The notes under the pieces were generated by a model. That model did no database searches. It was not told the origin of the DNA and was given only the letters and a program-made list of their open reading frames with translations. Source: Gammaproteobacteria bacterium (lineage in GTDB: Bacteria > Pseudomonadota > Gammaproteobacteria > GCA-001735895). From it: a stretch of 64,000 bases of DNA. The stretch is from positions 38,006 to 102,005 of the forward strand of contig JBNKUM010000022.1 of assembly GCA_050298595.1 (NCBI GenBank), read 5' to 3'. The position numbers and the translations under genes were made by a program. Positions 9,529 to 19,918 of this stretch are shown here, piece by piece. Each line of letters opens with the position of its first letter. Position 1 is the first letter of the stretch.

Positions 9529-10074
9529 ATGCACCGAGCAGTTAAAATGGTCACTGACAGCACAGCTGATACAAGCGTTGAAGATAGCCCTCTGAATGAG
9601 TTTTCCAAATGCCATGATGGTATCGTGATGAATTTTCAGCAATTGCTGTCTTTAGCGGTTTTGCTTAAACAGAATCCCAAGGACCCACAAATCAACAAAC
9701 GAGCAAAGTCGTTATTAACCTTTTTTGAAGAGGTCGTGTTACGACATCATTCTGAAGAGGAGGAAGAGCTATTTACGGCTGTTATAGATTGCGCCTCTAA
9801 GGCTAGTGAAGCCAAACTGGCCAGAGAATATATTAAGAAACTGATTGAAGAACATCGTGATCTTGAAAAGATGTGGGAAGTCATAGAATCCGACATAAGA
9901 AAATTAGCCCAAGGAAAACCTGCTGATATTGATATCCAAATTACTGAGAAACTTGCTACTCAGTATCTTGCTCACGCCGCATTTGAAGAACAGTATTTTT
10001 TACCTCTTTCTGTAAAAATACTTTCAAAAAAAGAGATGTCTGCACTGGGTTTGTCACTACACATGAGACAGTAG
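9529..10074 (+). CDS. Hemerythrin/HHE cation-binding domain protein
   Basis: FSKCH, RHHSEEEEELF, EEHRDLE, YLAHAAFEEQYFLP; start may be 9547. Confidence 0.85.
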   Translation: MHRAVKMVTDSTADTSVEDSPLNEFSKCHDGIVMNFQQLLSLAVLLKQNPKDPQINKRAKSLLTFFEEVVLRHHSEEEEELFTAVIDCASKASEAKLAREYIKKLIEEHRDLEKMWEVIESDIRKLAQGKPADIDIQITEKLATQYLAHAAFEEQYFLPLSVKILSKKEMSALGLSLHMRQ

Positions 10075-10172
10075 AATATACCGGTCATTGGTTACATTTA
10101 ACCAAAACAACGTGGTTATGCGAATAACTATGTTTTCTTAATAAAAATATTCTCATAAAGTAGTTTAAATAT

Positions 10173-11132
10173 ATGAATTCCATATCTAACAATATACAAA
10201 AGTATAATAATATCTGTGCAATTGGGGGAGGGACTGGTTTAGGTAGATTACTGTATGCTCTTAGCGCCATAAATGTCAAAACTACTGGAATTGTAGCGAC
10301 TACAGATACCGGAGGCTCAACAGGCTGGATTCGTGAACATACCAATTCTATTGCATGGGGTGATATAAGAAATTGTCTTAACCAGATGTCTCGAAAAGGC
10401 TGTATTCCAGGTGCACTGTTTCAATATCGCTTTGAGGGGTTTAGCGCATTAGAAAACCAGAATCTTGGTAATCTGATGTTATATGCACTGGATCAATTGA
10501 GCGGAAGACCCTTAGATGCCATTACACATGCCAGAGAGATACTTAATATTGAAACTGTCGTCATACCCATGTCTGAACAGCCCGTGCACCTGGCTGCAAA
10601 TGATTCAGACGATGTAACCCACTTTGGGGAAGTTAAGGTCGAGGAGCTTAAATCTTTACCTGACAATATCTGGCTGGTTCCAGATCCAGTAGCGACTCCG
10701 GAAGCGGTAACAGCCATTAACCAGGCCGATTTAATCATTTTGTCTGCCGGCAGCCTGGTAACCAGCCTGATGCCAAATTTACTGGTGACTGAATTGCTTG
10801 AGGCTATAGTAAAAAGCAAAGCGCCGGTTATATACATCGGCAATATGAAACCGATTGATGATGCAATCGGAACACTGACGCTTGACCAGCAATGTCGCTG
10901 GATGGAAAAAATACTGGGCTTAAATATTATAAACGGGATCATTTGGCCAGACTCCCGAGAGCGCCCCGATTGTGACTGGATCTATACACTGGTCACTGAT
11001 GTTGCGGACAAAAACTCTCCACTTCGCCACGATAAGATAAAACTAATTTCTGCGCTTAATCGCATTTTAAAAAGTTCTAATCAACAAATTCAGACTATAT
11101 ATGAATCATCTAACTATTCTGCATCAAGATGA
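10173..11132 (+). CDS. yvcK: YvcK/CofD-like (UPF0052) protein
   Basis: AIGGGTGLG, TTDTGGSTG, WGDIRNC, NLGNLML, RHD motifs. Confidence 0.88.
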   Translation: MNSISNNIQKYNNICAIGGGTGLGRLLYALSAINVKTTGIVATTDTGGSTGWIREHTNSIAWGDIRNCLNQMSRKGCIPGALFQYRFEGFSALENQNLGNLMLYALDQLSGRPLDAITHAREILNIETVVIPMSEQPVHLAANDSDDVTHFGEVKVEELKSLPDNIWLVPDPVATPEAVTAINQADLIILSAGSLVTSLMPNLLVTELLEAIVKSKAPVIYIGNMKPIDDAIGTLTLDQQCRWMEKILGLNIINGIIWPDSRERPDCDWIYTLVTDVADKNSPLRHDKIKLISALNRILKSSNQQIQTIYESSNYSASR

Positions 11133-11793
11133 ACATATTATTGTTATCCACAAACCTGCGGGGCTGTTGATGCATCGCAGTCCTATTTCTCGTGATACAG
11201 TTTTTGTACTACAAACCTTACGCGACCAGATCGGTCAAAGGGTCTACCCCATTCACCGTTTAGACAGAGCTACTTCCGGGGTGTTGGCTTTTGGCCTGAA
11301 CCCGGAAATGGCGAAAATGGTTGCACAGCAATTTGAAGACCATCTGGTTGAAAAAGAGTACCTGGCACTAGTCCGTGGCTGGGTCGACGATAGCGGCCAA
11401 ATCGACCACCCCATTGCAGATGAAGAGGGCAATAATAAAAGCCAGGAGGCAATTACTGACTATCGTTGTTTGCAAAAAGTTGAACTGCCTTTTGCGGTTG
11501 ACCGTTACCCCAGCTCCAGGTACTCACTGGTCAGTGTTTCACCACAAACAGGTAGAAGACAGCAAATACGCAAACACTTCAAACATATTTCACATCACCT
11601 GATCGGCGACACTACTCATGGCAATGGAAAACACAATCGCTTCTTCCGTGAGCAATATGATATTCATCGCTTGATGCTAACTTCTCACAAACTTTGCCTT
11701 GATCACCCCATAACTCAGCAAAGACTGTGTTTTGAGGCAATTTCGGAGCCGGAGTGGGAGAAATTGTTTGGGGAGTTTAACTGGAAGCAATGA
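11101..11793 (+). CDS. truC: tRNA pseudouridine(65) synthase TruC-like
   Basis: HKPAGLL, HRLDRATSG, VDRYPSSRYSLV, GRRQQIRKH, IGDTTHG. Confidence 0.88.
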   Translation: MNHLTILHQDEHIIVIHKPAGLLMHRSPISRDTVFVLQTLRDQIGQRVYPIHRLDRATSGVLAFGLNPEMAKMVAQQFEDHLVEKEYLALVRGWVDDSGQIDHPIADEEGNNKSQEAITDYRCLQKVELPFAVDRYPSSRYSLVSVSPQTGRRQQIRKHFKHISHHLIGDTTHGNGKHNRFFREQYDIHRLMLTSHKLCLDHPITQQRLCFEAISEPEWEKLFGEFNWKQ

Positions 11794-12069
11794 TCATAAA
11801 GTATAGAAGCGGATTCAGCACTTCTCTCTCCAGTCTAAAATTTTTTCCGTAGACAGGATAAACCTGTATTGATCGGTATCTAGGGATGATTCTCTTGAAA
11901 TGGGTGAAAAGACTGATGTCTATGGTTACAAAGTACTAATATTTGTATAGATTGAAATTGAATCAAATCGGTATGAGATAGAATTACTTTCAGCCTACAA
12001 TACAGGCAGTTTCAGTTTTTATAAAATCTCCCAGTTCTATAACCCGGGATTCAGAGATAGAGATATATT

Positions 12070-12891
12070 ATGACTAAAGTGAATCAACATATAGATGAGC
12101 CTTACTCTCTATTGGTTCAGATATCGGACACGCATTTGTGCGCTGATCCGAAGCGCAGTTTACGTGGTATTAATACATACGATTGTCTTAAGGCTGTACT
12201 CAAACTGGCATCCGACCACTTACAACAAGCCTCTCTCATCATGACTACTGGTGATATTAGTCACGATGGTAGCTCTGAATCTTATAGTTTCTTTGAAGAA
12301 CAGCTCCGTAAACTAAGTGGTGTTAAACGTTTATTACCCGGCAACCACGATCAACCAGATATTTTATGCCAGCTGATGTCACAGCCAAATTGGCCGACAG
12401 TGGACCAACTGGGCTCGTGGCGAGTAATCGGGCTCGACAGCCATCTCACTGGAGAATCGGCTGGGTATCTGGCTACTGATAAATTAGCTGATCTGAAACT
12501 TGTTCTTGCGGAGGCAGGGCATGCTCATCAACCTGTATTACTCGCTTTACACCATCCCCCTATACCCACCGGTAGTTGTTGGCTTGACGAAATTAGCCTG
12601 ATTAATCAATCGGAATTTCGTCAATTATTAAGTGATTTTAAGCAGGTACGCGCAATTATTTTTGGCCATGCACATCAAGAGATGGACGAAACCCGAGATG
12701 GTATTCGGTGGCTTTGCTGCCCTTCAACCTGCGTCCAGTTTTTACCCAACACTCAAAGCGCTTACAGTGATACTCTGTTACCAGGCTACCGTTGGATTAG
12801 ACTCTATCAAGACGGTAAAATAGAAACTGGAGTTGAGCGTATCTCAGAGTGGCCATACGATAGTGGGCCAGACCGTCGCAAATGGAGCTAA
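12070..12891 (+). CDS. cpdA: 3',5'-cyclic-AMP phosphodiesterase (Icc/CpdA)
   Basis: QISDTHL, TGDISHD, PGNHD, LHHPP, FGHAH, PSTCVQF. Confidence 0.85.
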   Translation: MTKVNQHIDEPYSLLVQISDTHLCADPKRSLRGINTYDCLKAVLKLASDHLQQASLIMTTGDISHDGSSESYSFFEEQLRKLSGVKRLLPGNHDQPDILCQLMSQPNWPTVDQLGSWRVIGLDSHLTGESAGYLATDKLADLKLVLAEAGHAHQPVLLALHHPPIPTGSCWLDEISLINQSEFRQLLSDFKQVRAIIFGHAHQEMDETRDGIRWLCCPSTCVQFLPNTQSAYSDTLLPGYRWIRLYQDGKIETGVERISEWPYDSGPDRRKWS

Positions 12892-12964
12892 ATTTTAACA
12901 ACCGTTTGCGTAGATAATTTTCCGATTGGTTGAACGCACTTTAAATAATATAAGTTATTAATAA

Positions 12965-14923
12965 ATGAAAAAAGAAAATCCGCTTTGGAAACCTGATCCA
13001 GAAACAATTGATTCTACGTTGATCAGGCAATTTATGCTTGTAGCAAATGATCGCTATTCCAAATCACTTAACTCTTACAATGAGTTATGGAAATGGTCAA
13101 TTAATTGTACTGATGATTTCTGGAATTTAGTCTGGGATTATTGCGAGGTAATCGGCGAAAAAGGCGAGCGTGTTTTGATCGATGAAGGTGCTATGCATAA
13201 CGCCCAATGGTTTCCTGATGCGAGGCTCAATTTTGCACAAAATCTGTTACGCCGCCGTGATGATAATGAAGCGATTGTTTTCTGGGGTGAAGACAAAGTT
13301 CGAAGAACGCTCAGCTATAAACAACTTTGGCTGGCCGTTGCACAATTTTCCGCAGCCCTGAGAGCAGAGGGGATCAAGAAGGGCGATGTTGTTGCGGCCT
13401 ATATGCCGAATATGCCAGAAACCATTATTGCTATGCTCGCAGCGAGTAGCATAGGAGCAATCTTTACTTCTGCTTCACCAGATTTCGGCACTCAAGGATT
13501 ATTAGATCGATTTGGTCAGGTTGAACCTAAAATATTGATCGCGTCAGATAGCTATTTCTATAACCGTAAACAAATCAACAAGCTCGATATACTAGTGCAA
13601 GTAGCACCGCAACTTCCAACTGTTGAACATATAATTCTGGTGCCTTATGAAAATGAGATTTCCAAACTTCCAGCCATTGACGGAATTATTGGCTGGTATG
13701 AATTTATTGCTCCGTATCAGAATGCAACCGAAATCAACTTTGAGCCGCTGCCCTTTGATCATCCCTTGTACATTATGTATTCATCAGGGACTACTGGAGC
13801 ACCAAAATGCATCGTACATGCAGCCGGACGAGCTTTGCTGCAACATTTGAAAGAACAGCGATTGCATAGTGATGTTAAAGCCGGTGACCGCTTATTCTTT
13901 TTTACCACCTGTGGCTGGATGATGTGGAACTGGTTGGTGAGTGGCCTGGCATCCGAAGCGACTATTATGCTCTACGATGGCTCTCCCTTATTAGATCAGG
14001 GACGTATCCTGTTTGATTATGCAGAGCAGGGGGTTATGACCCATTTTGGCACATCAGCGAAATTTATCGATGCTATTGCCAAGAATGGCTTACAGCCGGC
14101 AAATACCCATGATCTGTCAAATTTACGAGTGATGTTTTCAACTGGCAGCCCTCTGGTGGCTGAAAGTTTTGAGTATGTCTATCGTGATATCAAACAAAAC
14201 CTGCAGTTATCATCCATTTCTGGCGGCACCGATATTCTTTCCTGTTTTGTGCTGGGCTGTCCTGTGTTGCCAGTGTGGTCTGGTGAAATTCAGTGTAGAG
14301 GCCTAGGTATGGCCGTTGATGTTTTTGATGAGGCTGGCAAACCCGTTAGAACCAGCAAAGGGGAATTAGTCTGTACCAGGCCATTCCCGGCTATGCCCAT
14401 AGGATTCTGGAATGACACCGATGGTGAACTTTATCGAGATAGCTATTTTTCACGCTTTTCTGGTATCTGGTGTCAGGGTGATTTCTGCGAGATTACCGAG
14501 CATGATGGGTTAATTATTTACGGTCGATCTGATGCGACATTAAATCCTGGAGGAGTTCGCATAGGGTCTGCAGAAATCTACCGCCAGGTGGAAAAGCTGG
14601 AAGAGGTTCTGGAATCTTTAGTCATTGGTCAGCAATGGATGGATGATGTACGCGTCGTGTTATTTGTCAAACTTCGACCTGATTTAACACTGGACGAAGA
14701 ACTCATTGCGCGAATAAAACAAACTATACGCAGTAACACAACACCCAGACATGTACCTGCAAAAGTATTACAGGTACAGGACATACCCCGAACAAAGAGT
14801 GGCAAGATCGTCGAGTTAGCTGTGCGTAATGTAGTGCACGGAGAGGCGGTGAAAAACATAGAGGCACTGGCTAACCCCGAGGCCTTGGCTTTTTTTCGTG
14901 ATCGATCTGAGTTGCTGGATTAG
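12965..14923 (+). CDS. Acetoacetate-CoA ligase
   Basis: WFPDARLNFAQNLL, YSSGTTGAPKCIVH, TTCGWMMWNW, SISGGTD, GRSDATLNPGGVRIG. Confidence 0.92.
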   Translation: MKKENPLWKPDPETIDSTLIRQFMLVANDRYSKSLNSYNELWKWSINCTDDFWNLVWDYCEVIGEKGERVLIDEGAMHNAQWFPDARLNFAQNLLRRRDDNEAIVFWGEDKVRRTLSYKQLWLAVAQFSAALRAEGIKKGDVVAAYMPNMPETIIAMLAASSIGAIFTSASPDFGTQGLLDRFGQVEPKILIASDSYFYNRKQINKLDILVQVAPQLPTVEHIILVPYENEISKLPAIDGIIGWYEFIAPYQNATEINFEPLPFDHPLYIMYSSGTTGAPKCIVHAAGRALLQHLKEQRLHSDVKAGDRLFFFTTCGWMMWNWLVSGLASEATIMLYDGSPLLDQGRILFDYAEQGVMTHFGTSAKFIDAIAKNGLQPANTHDLSNLRVMFSTGSPLVAESFEYVYRDIKQNLQLSSISGGTDILSCFVLGCPVLPVWSGEIQCRGLGMAVDVFDEAGKPVRTSKGELVCTRPFPAMPIGFWNDTDGELYRDSYFSRFSGIWCQGDFCEITEHDGLIIYGRSDATLNPGGVRIGSAEIYRQVEKLEEVLESLVIGQQWMDDVRVVLFVKLRPDLTLDEELIARIKQTIRSNTTPRHVPAKVLQVQDIPRTKSGKIVELAVRNVVHGEAVKNIEALANPEALAFFRDRSELLD

Positions 14924-15071
14924 AGAGACCATAGATATTTATCCTTGTCATTTATCCTGTTGAGGCTTAAAGCATGTGAATGTAATGCTTTCTTCACCGA
15001 TGAATTCATCACCTTCATGCCATACTTTTACTTTGGGATAACTGTACGTACCTGATAAATCATTGAGAGAT

Positions 15072-15719
15072 TTAGACCGCTATTGGAGGGCGTATATTTG
15101 CATCTTTCATGGAAAAATCTGACCTGACAGGTTTAATACCGTTCCAGATACTATTCATCATAAAATCAAAATAATTTGTCAAAGGTTCTTCAATTGATCC
15201 GTCTAATCGCATTTGAATCAACCTCATGGCACTACCAACGATTATTGATGTTGCCACAGCAGTATTTACATCCTTTAAGTCGTCATTCTCTAATACTTCA
15301 GCGGTAATTTGTCTGATCTTAATAAAAGGAGCCGTATCGAAAATTAAGGGTTGATCTGCTAAAAAATCAGCGTGCCTGGAATGAAACACGAAGGCGATTA
15401 TATTTCGATGGGTCTCTGTATGCTGGAACAGTTGCTTTATGATTTCTTCAATCTGTTCGACGGGCGTAGATATTGACTGGGTGACTCCATCGATCAACTC
15501 ATCGACTTCATTGACTATATGTTTATATAGCGCTTGAGCGATTCCTTCCTTACCACCAAAATATCTGTAAATTGAGCCGATACTAACATCAGCTACTTCC
15601 CGGACTTCGTGAATTGATACATTGTGATACCCTTTTTCTACAAAAAGATCCAAAGCAGCGGTCAAGATTTTACAGTCTATGGGTTCAGGGTTTGGTGGCT
15701 GTTTGTTTAAGTAAGGCAT
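15072..15719 (-). CDS. TetR/AcrR-family transcriptional regulator
   Basis: ILTAALDLFVEKGYHNVSIHEV...VSIGSIYRYFGGKE HTH. Confidence 0.92.
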   Translation of the reverse strand: MPYLNKQPPNPEPIDCKILTAALDLFVEKGYHNVSIHEVREVADVSIGSIYRYFGGKEGIAQALYKHIVNEVDELIDGVTQSISTPVEQIEEIIKQLFQHTETHRNIIAFVFHSRHADFLADQPLIFDTAPFIKIRQITAEVLENDDLKDVNTAVATSIIVGSAMRLIQMRLDGSIEEPLTNYFDFMMNSIWNGIKPVRSDFSMKDANIRPPIAV

Positions 15720-15999
15720 AACCCGGTCTCTCCAAAAAATTCTTATTGATTATTTATTTTAAAAAAATCAATAAGCTTAATTTTGTGATTTTACTCGTTG
15801 ATTTTCAATGTAATCAGCCTAAACAACTACCTTTTCAGGATAAATAAGGTCGATTTTTGAACTTAAATCCACTCCGTTTTCAGGTAAATTTTTTTTTACT
15901 TAACCTGATATTAGAAAGCTCACAGTTCAGAGCTATCTCTTACACTCTTTTTTCAGAAGATATCATCTTTTCTCTAATAATACTTTGGAATATAAAAGA

Positions 16000-16028
16000 T
16001 TGACAAAAATGAACATTCATTCTATTTT
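16000..16028 (+). promoter_or_regulatory. Sigma70 promoter of frmA with a palindromic operator in the spacer
   Basis: TTGACA(16000-16005)-17 nt-TATTTT(16023-16028); inverted repeat AATGAA-CA-TTCATT at 16008-16021. Confidence 0.7.
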
Positions 16029-16133
16029 GTGGCGATCAACCTGATGTTAGTACAAACTGTCTATTACTGCCGCTATCAAAGCCCAGTTATGGATTACTAC
16101 TAATGAAATGAAAAATTTATTGAAGAGTCTACT

Positions 16134-17243
16134 ATGAAAGCAAAAGCAGCCGTTGCATGGGAAGCCAGAAAACCCTTATCCATTGAAGAAGTCGATGTAA
16201 TGGGGCCGAAAGAGGGTGAAGTACTATTAAAAGTTATTGCCTCTGGGGTATGCCATACCGATGCATTCACACTATCAGGTGAAGATCCAGAAGGTTCATT
16301 TCCCTGCATTTTAGGTCATGAAGGTGGTTGCGAAGTGGTTGAAGTAGGTCCCGGTGTCAAAGACCTAAAGGTTGGAGATCACGTCATTCCATTATATATT
16401 GCTGAATGCGGCGACTGTGAATATTGTAACTCAACCAAATCAAATCTCTGCCAAACTATTGCGCCAACCATCTGGACCGGATATATGCCAGATGGCACTC
16501 GTCGATTCTCAAAAAACGGTAAAGATATTTTCCATTATATGGGGTGCTCTACGTTTTCTGAGTACACCGTCGTTCCAGAGATTGCATTAGCAAAAATCAA
16601 TAAAGCTGCGCCACTGGATAAGGTTTGCCTTTTAGGCTGTGGTGTGACCACAGGCATTGGTGCTGTACTTAATACAGCCAAAGTAGAGCCAGGATCAACC
16701 GTTGCTGTATTTGGACTTGGTGGTATTGGATTGTCCTGTATTCAGGGTGCTGTGATGGCTGGAGCTGAACGCATTATCGGTGTTGACATCAATCCTGATA
16801 AGTTTGAATTTGCCAGACAGCTAGGCGCTACACATTTTGTTAATCCAAATGAGATTAATGGTTCATTCGTAGAATATATGCAGGACACTTTTAATGGTGG
16901 CCCCGATTACTCCTTTGAATGTATTGGTAATGTGCATGTAATGAGCGATGCTCTGGAATGTACACATATGGGCTGGGGTGTTTCTACCGTAATAGGTGTT
17001 GCCGGTGCCGGGCAGGAAATCGCAACTCGACCTTTCAACCTGGTTGTTGGGCGCACCTGGAAAGGTACTGCTTTTGGCGGCGTAAAAGGTCGTACAGAGC
17101 TTCCTGGGTATGTTGATCGTTACATGTCTGGTGAGATTGAAATCGATAGTCTGGTTACACATACCATGCCGCTGGAAGACATTAACAGAGCATTTGATTT
17201 AATGCATAGTGGTGAAAGTATTCGTTCAGTCATAATCTTTTAA
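16134..17243 (+). CDS. frmA: S-(hydroxymethyl)glutathione dehydrogenase / class III alcohol dehydrogenase
   Basis: [39 protein letters not shown]. Confidence 0.96.
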   Translation: MKAKAAVAWEARKPLSIEEVDVMGPKEGEVLLKVIASGVCHTDAFTLSGEDPEGSFPCILGHEGGCEVVEVGPGVKDLKVGDHVIPLYIAECGDCEYCNSTKSNLCQTIAPTIWTGYMPDGTRRFSKNGKDIFHYMGCSTFSEYTVVPEIALAKINKAAPLDKVCLLGCGVTTGIGAVLNTAKVEPGSTVAVFGLGGIGLSCIQGAVMAGAERIIGVDINPDKFEFARQLGATHFVNPNEINGSFVEYMQDTFNGGPDYSFECIGNVHVMSDALECTHMGWGVSTVIGVAGAGQEIATRPFNLVVGRTWKGTAFGGVKGRTELPGYVDRYMSGEIEIDSLVTHTMPLEDINRAFDLMHSGESIRSVIIF

Positions 17244-17316
17244 TCGGCCTGCTATACAGCAGACAACTGACCAACTAAATACTAATCCAACAGGTTAAAC
17301 TTTTAACTCGAAATTA

Positions 17317-18162
17317 ATGACTATTCAAAAAATTGAAAGTATCAAAGAATTTGGCGGCAAGCTAAATCGCTACACACATACCTCTGCAGTTCTGGATTGT
17401 GAAATGACCTTTTCGGTGTATCTTCCACCACAGGCAGAACAGGAAAATGTGCCCGCGTTGTACTGGTTATCCGGTCTAACCTGTACTGATGATAATGCGC
17501 GTACCAAAGCGGGCGCACAACGCTATGCTGCAGAGCAGGGTATAGCTTTAATCTTTCCCGACACTAGCCCGCGTGGAGAGGATGTGGCTGATGAAGCGGA
17601 TCGTTACGATCTGGGCAAAGGTGCCGGATTTTATACTAATGCTGTGCAGGCTCCCTGGGCTTCACATTATCAAATGTATGACTACGTAACGAAGGAGTTA
17701 CCAGCATTAGTCGAGCAGTATTTGCCCTTAATTCCTGGTGTAAGATCGATCTCCGGTCACTCCATGGGGGGACATGGGGCATTAATTTGCGCGCTTAAAA
17801 ATCCAGATGCCTATAAATCAGTATCAGCCTTTGCGCCCATCTGTAATCCTGTCAACTGTGGTTGGGGGCAAGGATGTTTTGGTGCGTATCTAGGTGACGA
17901 TACCGAAAAATGGAAAGCCTACGATGCAACAGAACTGGTTGAATCAGGCGCCAGGGTTGCTGATATTTTAATCGATCAGGGGCTGGCTGATGAATTTTAT
18001 GACGAGAAACAATTGTTACCTGAAAACTTTCAGAATGCCTGTGATAGAGCAGGTCAGGCGGTAACCATTCGTATGCAGGAAGGTTATGACCATAGCTATC
18101 ATTTTATTGCGACATTTATCGGTGAGCATATTGCTTACCATGCCAAAGCATTAAAAAACTAA
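17317..18162 (+). CDS. fghA: S-formylglutathione hydrolase
   Basis: LYWLSGLTC, PDTSPRG, GHSMGGHGA, GYDHSY. Confidence 0.96.
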   Translation: MTIQKIESIKEFGGKLNRYTHTSAVLDCEMTFSVYLPPQAEQENVPALYWLSGLTCTDDNARTKAGAQRYAAEQGIALIFPDTSPRGEDVADEADRYDLGKGAGFYTNAVQAPWASHYQMYDYVTKELPALVEQYLPLIPGVRSISGHSMGGHGALICALKNPDAYKSVSAFAPICNPVNCGWGQGCFGAYLGDDTEKWKAYDATELVESGARVADILIDQGLADEFYDEKQLLPENFQNACDRAGQAVTIRMQEGYDHSYHFIATFIGEHIAYHAKALKN

Positions 18163-18174
18163 ACTACACTACAC

Positions 18175-18200
18175 GCTCTCTAAGCCCAGGTTTAGAGAGC
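18175..18200 (+). other. Intercistronic hairpin between fghA and the FDH genes
   Basis: GCTCTCTAAGCC-CA-GGTTTAGAGAGC with no U-tract, so more likely an mRNA stability element than a terminator. Confidence 0.5.
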
Positions 18201-18232
18201 ATCGAATTCTGTCCTATTAAGCCAGGGTAACT

Positions 18233-19918
18233 ATGAAAGACTCCAGGAAAAAAAAACAAAAGTATTCTTCAAGGGGACGCAGAGCCGATAGTCAATCGCT
18301 GCAAACCCTGAAACAACTTTTGGGAGAGCAACCGTTACAGCGCGAACTACTAATTGAATATCTACACAAAATTCAGGATGAATTTAAACATCTATCTGCC
18401 AGCCATTTAACTGCTCTGGCCGACCTACTGAAAATCTCAATTGTAGAAGTCTTTGAAGTGGCCAGTTTTTATCACCACTTTGATGTGGTTGATGAAAATA
18501 CAAAGGCTCCTGCTGAATTGACTATTCGTGTATGCGACTCCATCAGTTGCCAGATGAATGGTGCAGATGAACTGATACAAAAACTGCAAAACGAAGCCTT
18601 TGACAATGTGAGAATTCAACGCGTACCCTGTGTTGGACGTTGTGATAAAGCCCCTGTTGCGGTGATTGATAAATACCCCGTAGAATCAGCAGATCTGGAT
18701 AAAATCAAACAGATAAAGTCGGAGAGACTTTATGAAGTTCCTCTTATCAATTTGCTCAATAGTGACAAATCAAAGGATTCAGAGGCTTATGCATTTGTTA
18801 CCCAGCTACAGAAGAATTTCGATGAAGCAAAGAAAGAGCAGATTATCAGTGAGCTGGAGACTTCCAATTTAAGAGGACTGGGTGGTGCTGGATTTCCAGT
18901 TGGTCGTAAATGGCGTATTCTAAGTACTCAAAAAGCTCCTCGTACTATGGCCGTTAATATAGACGAGGGTGAACCTGGAACCTTTAAAGATCATTATTAT
19001 CTGCAAAAGGATCCACAGCAATTTATTGAGGGCATGCTAATAGCGGCGCTTACGGTTGATATAGATGTGATCTATATTTATCTGCGCGACGAATATCCTG
19101 CCTGTCATGCAATGCTTGAGCTTGAGTTAGAAAAACTTAAGGCTAACCCTCCTTACGATTTACCAGAAATTCATTTACGCAGAGGTGCTGGCGCTTATAT
19201 CTGTGGTGAAGAATCTGCCATGATTGAATCTATAGAAGGTAAACGCGGTATGCCTCGCTTACGTCCACCCTATGTGGCCGAAGTGGGTGTACATGGTCGG
19301 CCGACACTCGTGCAAAACATGGAAACCCTGTATTGGGTACGCGATATTATCGCAAAGGGTACGGAGTGGTTTACTACACAGGGGCGGAACGGTCGTACTG
19401 GAATGCGTTCCTTCTCAGTCAGTGGCCGCGTAAAAAAACCGGGCGTTCATTTTGCACCTGCGGGTATCACACTGCAGGAATTAATCGATGAATACTGTGA
19501 AGGCATGCTGGAAGGGCATAAGCTGTATGGCTATCTACCAGGCGGCGCTTCTGGCGGTATTTTACCGGCCAGCAAGGCAGATATCCCACTTGATTTCGAT
19601 ACCTTGAATGATCATGGTTGTTTTATCGGCTCGGCTGCGGTGATTGTATTCTCCGATGCTGATTCAGCTCGACAGATAGCTACTAATGCCATGCATTTCT
19701 TTGAACATGAATCCTGCGGGCAATGCACACCCTGTCGAGTTGGCACCGCTAAAGCGGTTAAGTTGATGCAACAGGAAATCTGGGATACAGAATTGATGCA
19801 GGAACTATCTACAGTCATGCGAGACGCATCAATCTGCGGATTGGGGCAGGCGGCGCCTAACCCTATGGATTGTGTAATCAAATACTTTCCGGATGAAATT
19901 AACGGGAGTAAATCATGA
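18233..19918 (+). CDS. NAD-dependent formate dehydrogenase beta subunit (NuoE-NuoF-like fusion)
   Basis: FYHHF, CDSISC, CVGRC, LRGLGGAGFP, DEGEPGTFKD, GAYICGEE, ESCGQCTPCR, SICGLG. Confidence 0.9.
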   Translation: MKDSRKKKQKYSSRGRRADSQSLQTLKQLLGEQPLQRELLIEYLHKIQDEFKHLSASHLTALADLLKISIVEVFEVASFYHHFDVVDENTKAPAELTIRVCDSISCQMNGADELIQKLQNEAFDNVRIQRVPCVGRCDKAPVAVIDKYPVESADLDKIKQIKSERLYEVPLINLLNSDKSKDSEAYAFVTQLQKNFDEAKKEQIISELETSNLRGLGGAGFPVGRKWRILSTQKAPRTMAVNIDEGEPGTFKDHYYLQKDPQQFIEGMLIAALTVDIDVIYIYLRDEYPACHAMLELELEKLKANPPYDLPEIHLRRGAGAYICGEESAMIESIEGKRGMPRLRPPYVAEVGVHGRPTLVQNMETLYWVRDIIAKGTEWFTTQGRNGRTGMRSFSVSGRVKKPGVHFAPAGITLQELIDEYCEGMLEGHKLYGYLPGGASGGILPASKADIPLDFDTLNDHGCFIGSAAVIVFSDADSARQIATNAMHFFEHESCGQCTPCRVGTAKAVKLMQQEIWDTELMQELSTVMRDASICGLGQAAPNPMDCVIKYFPDEINGSKS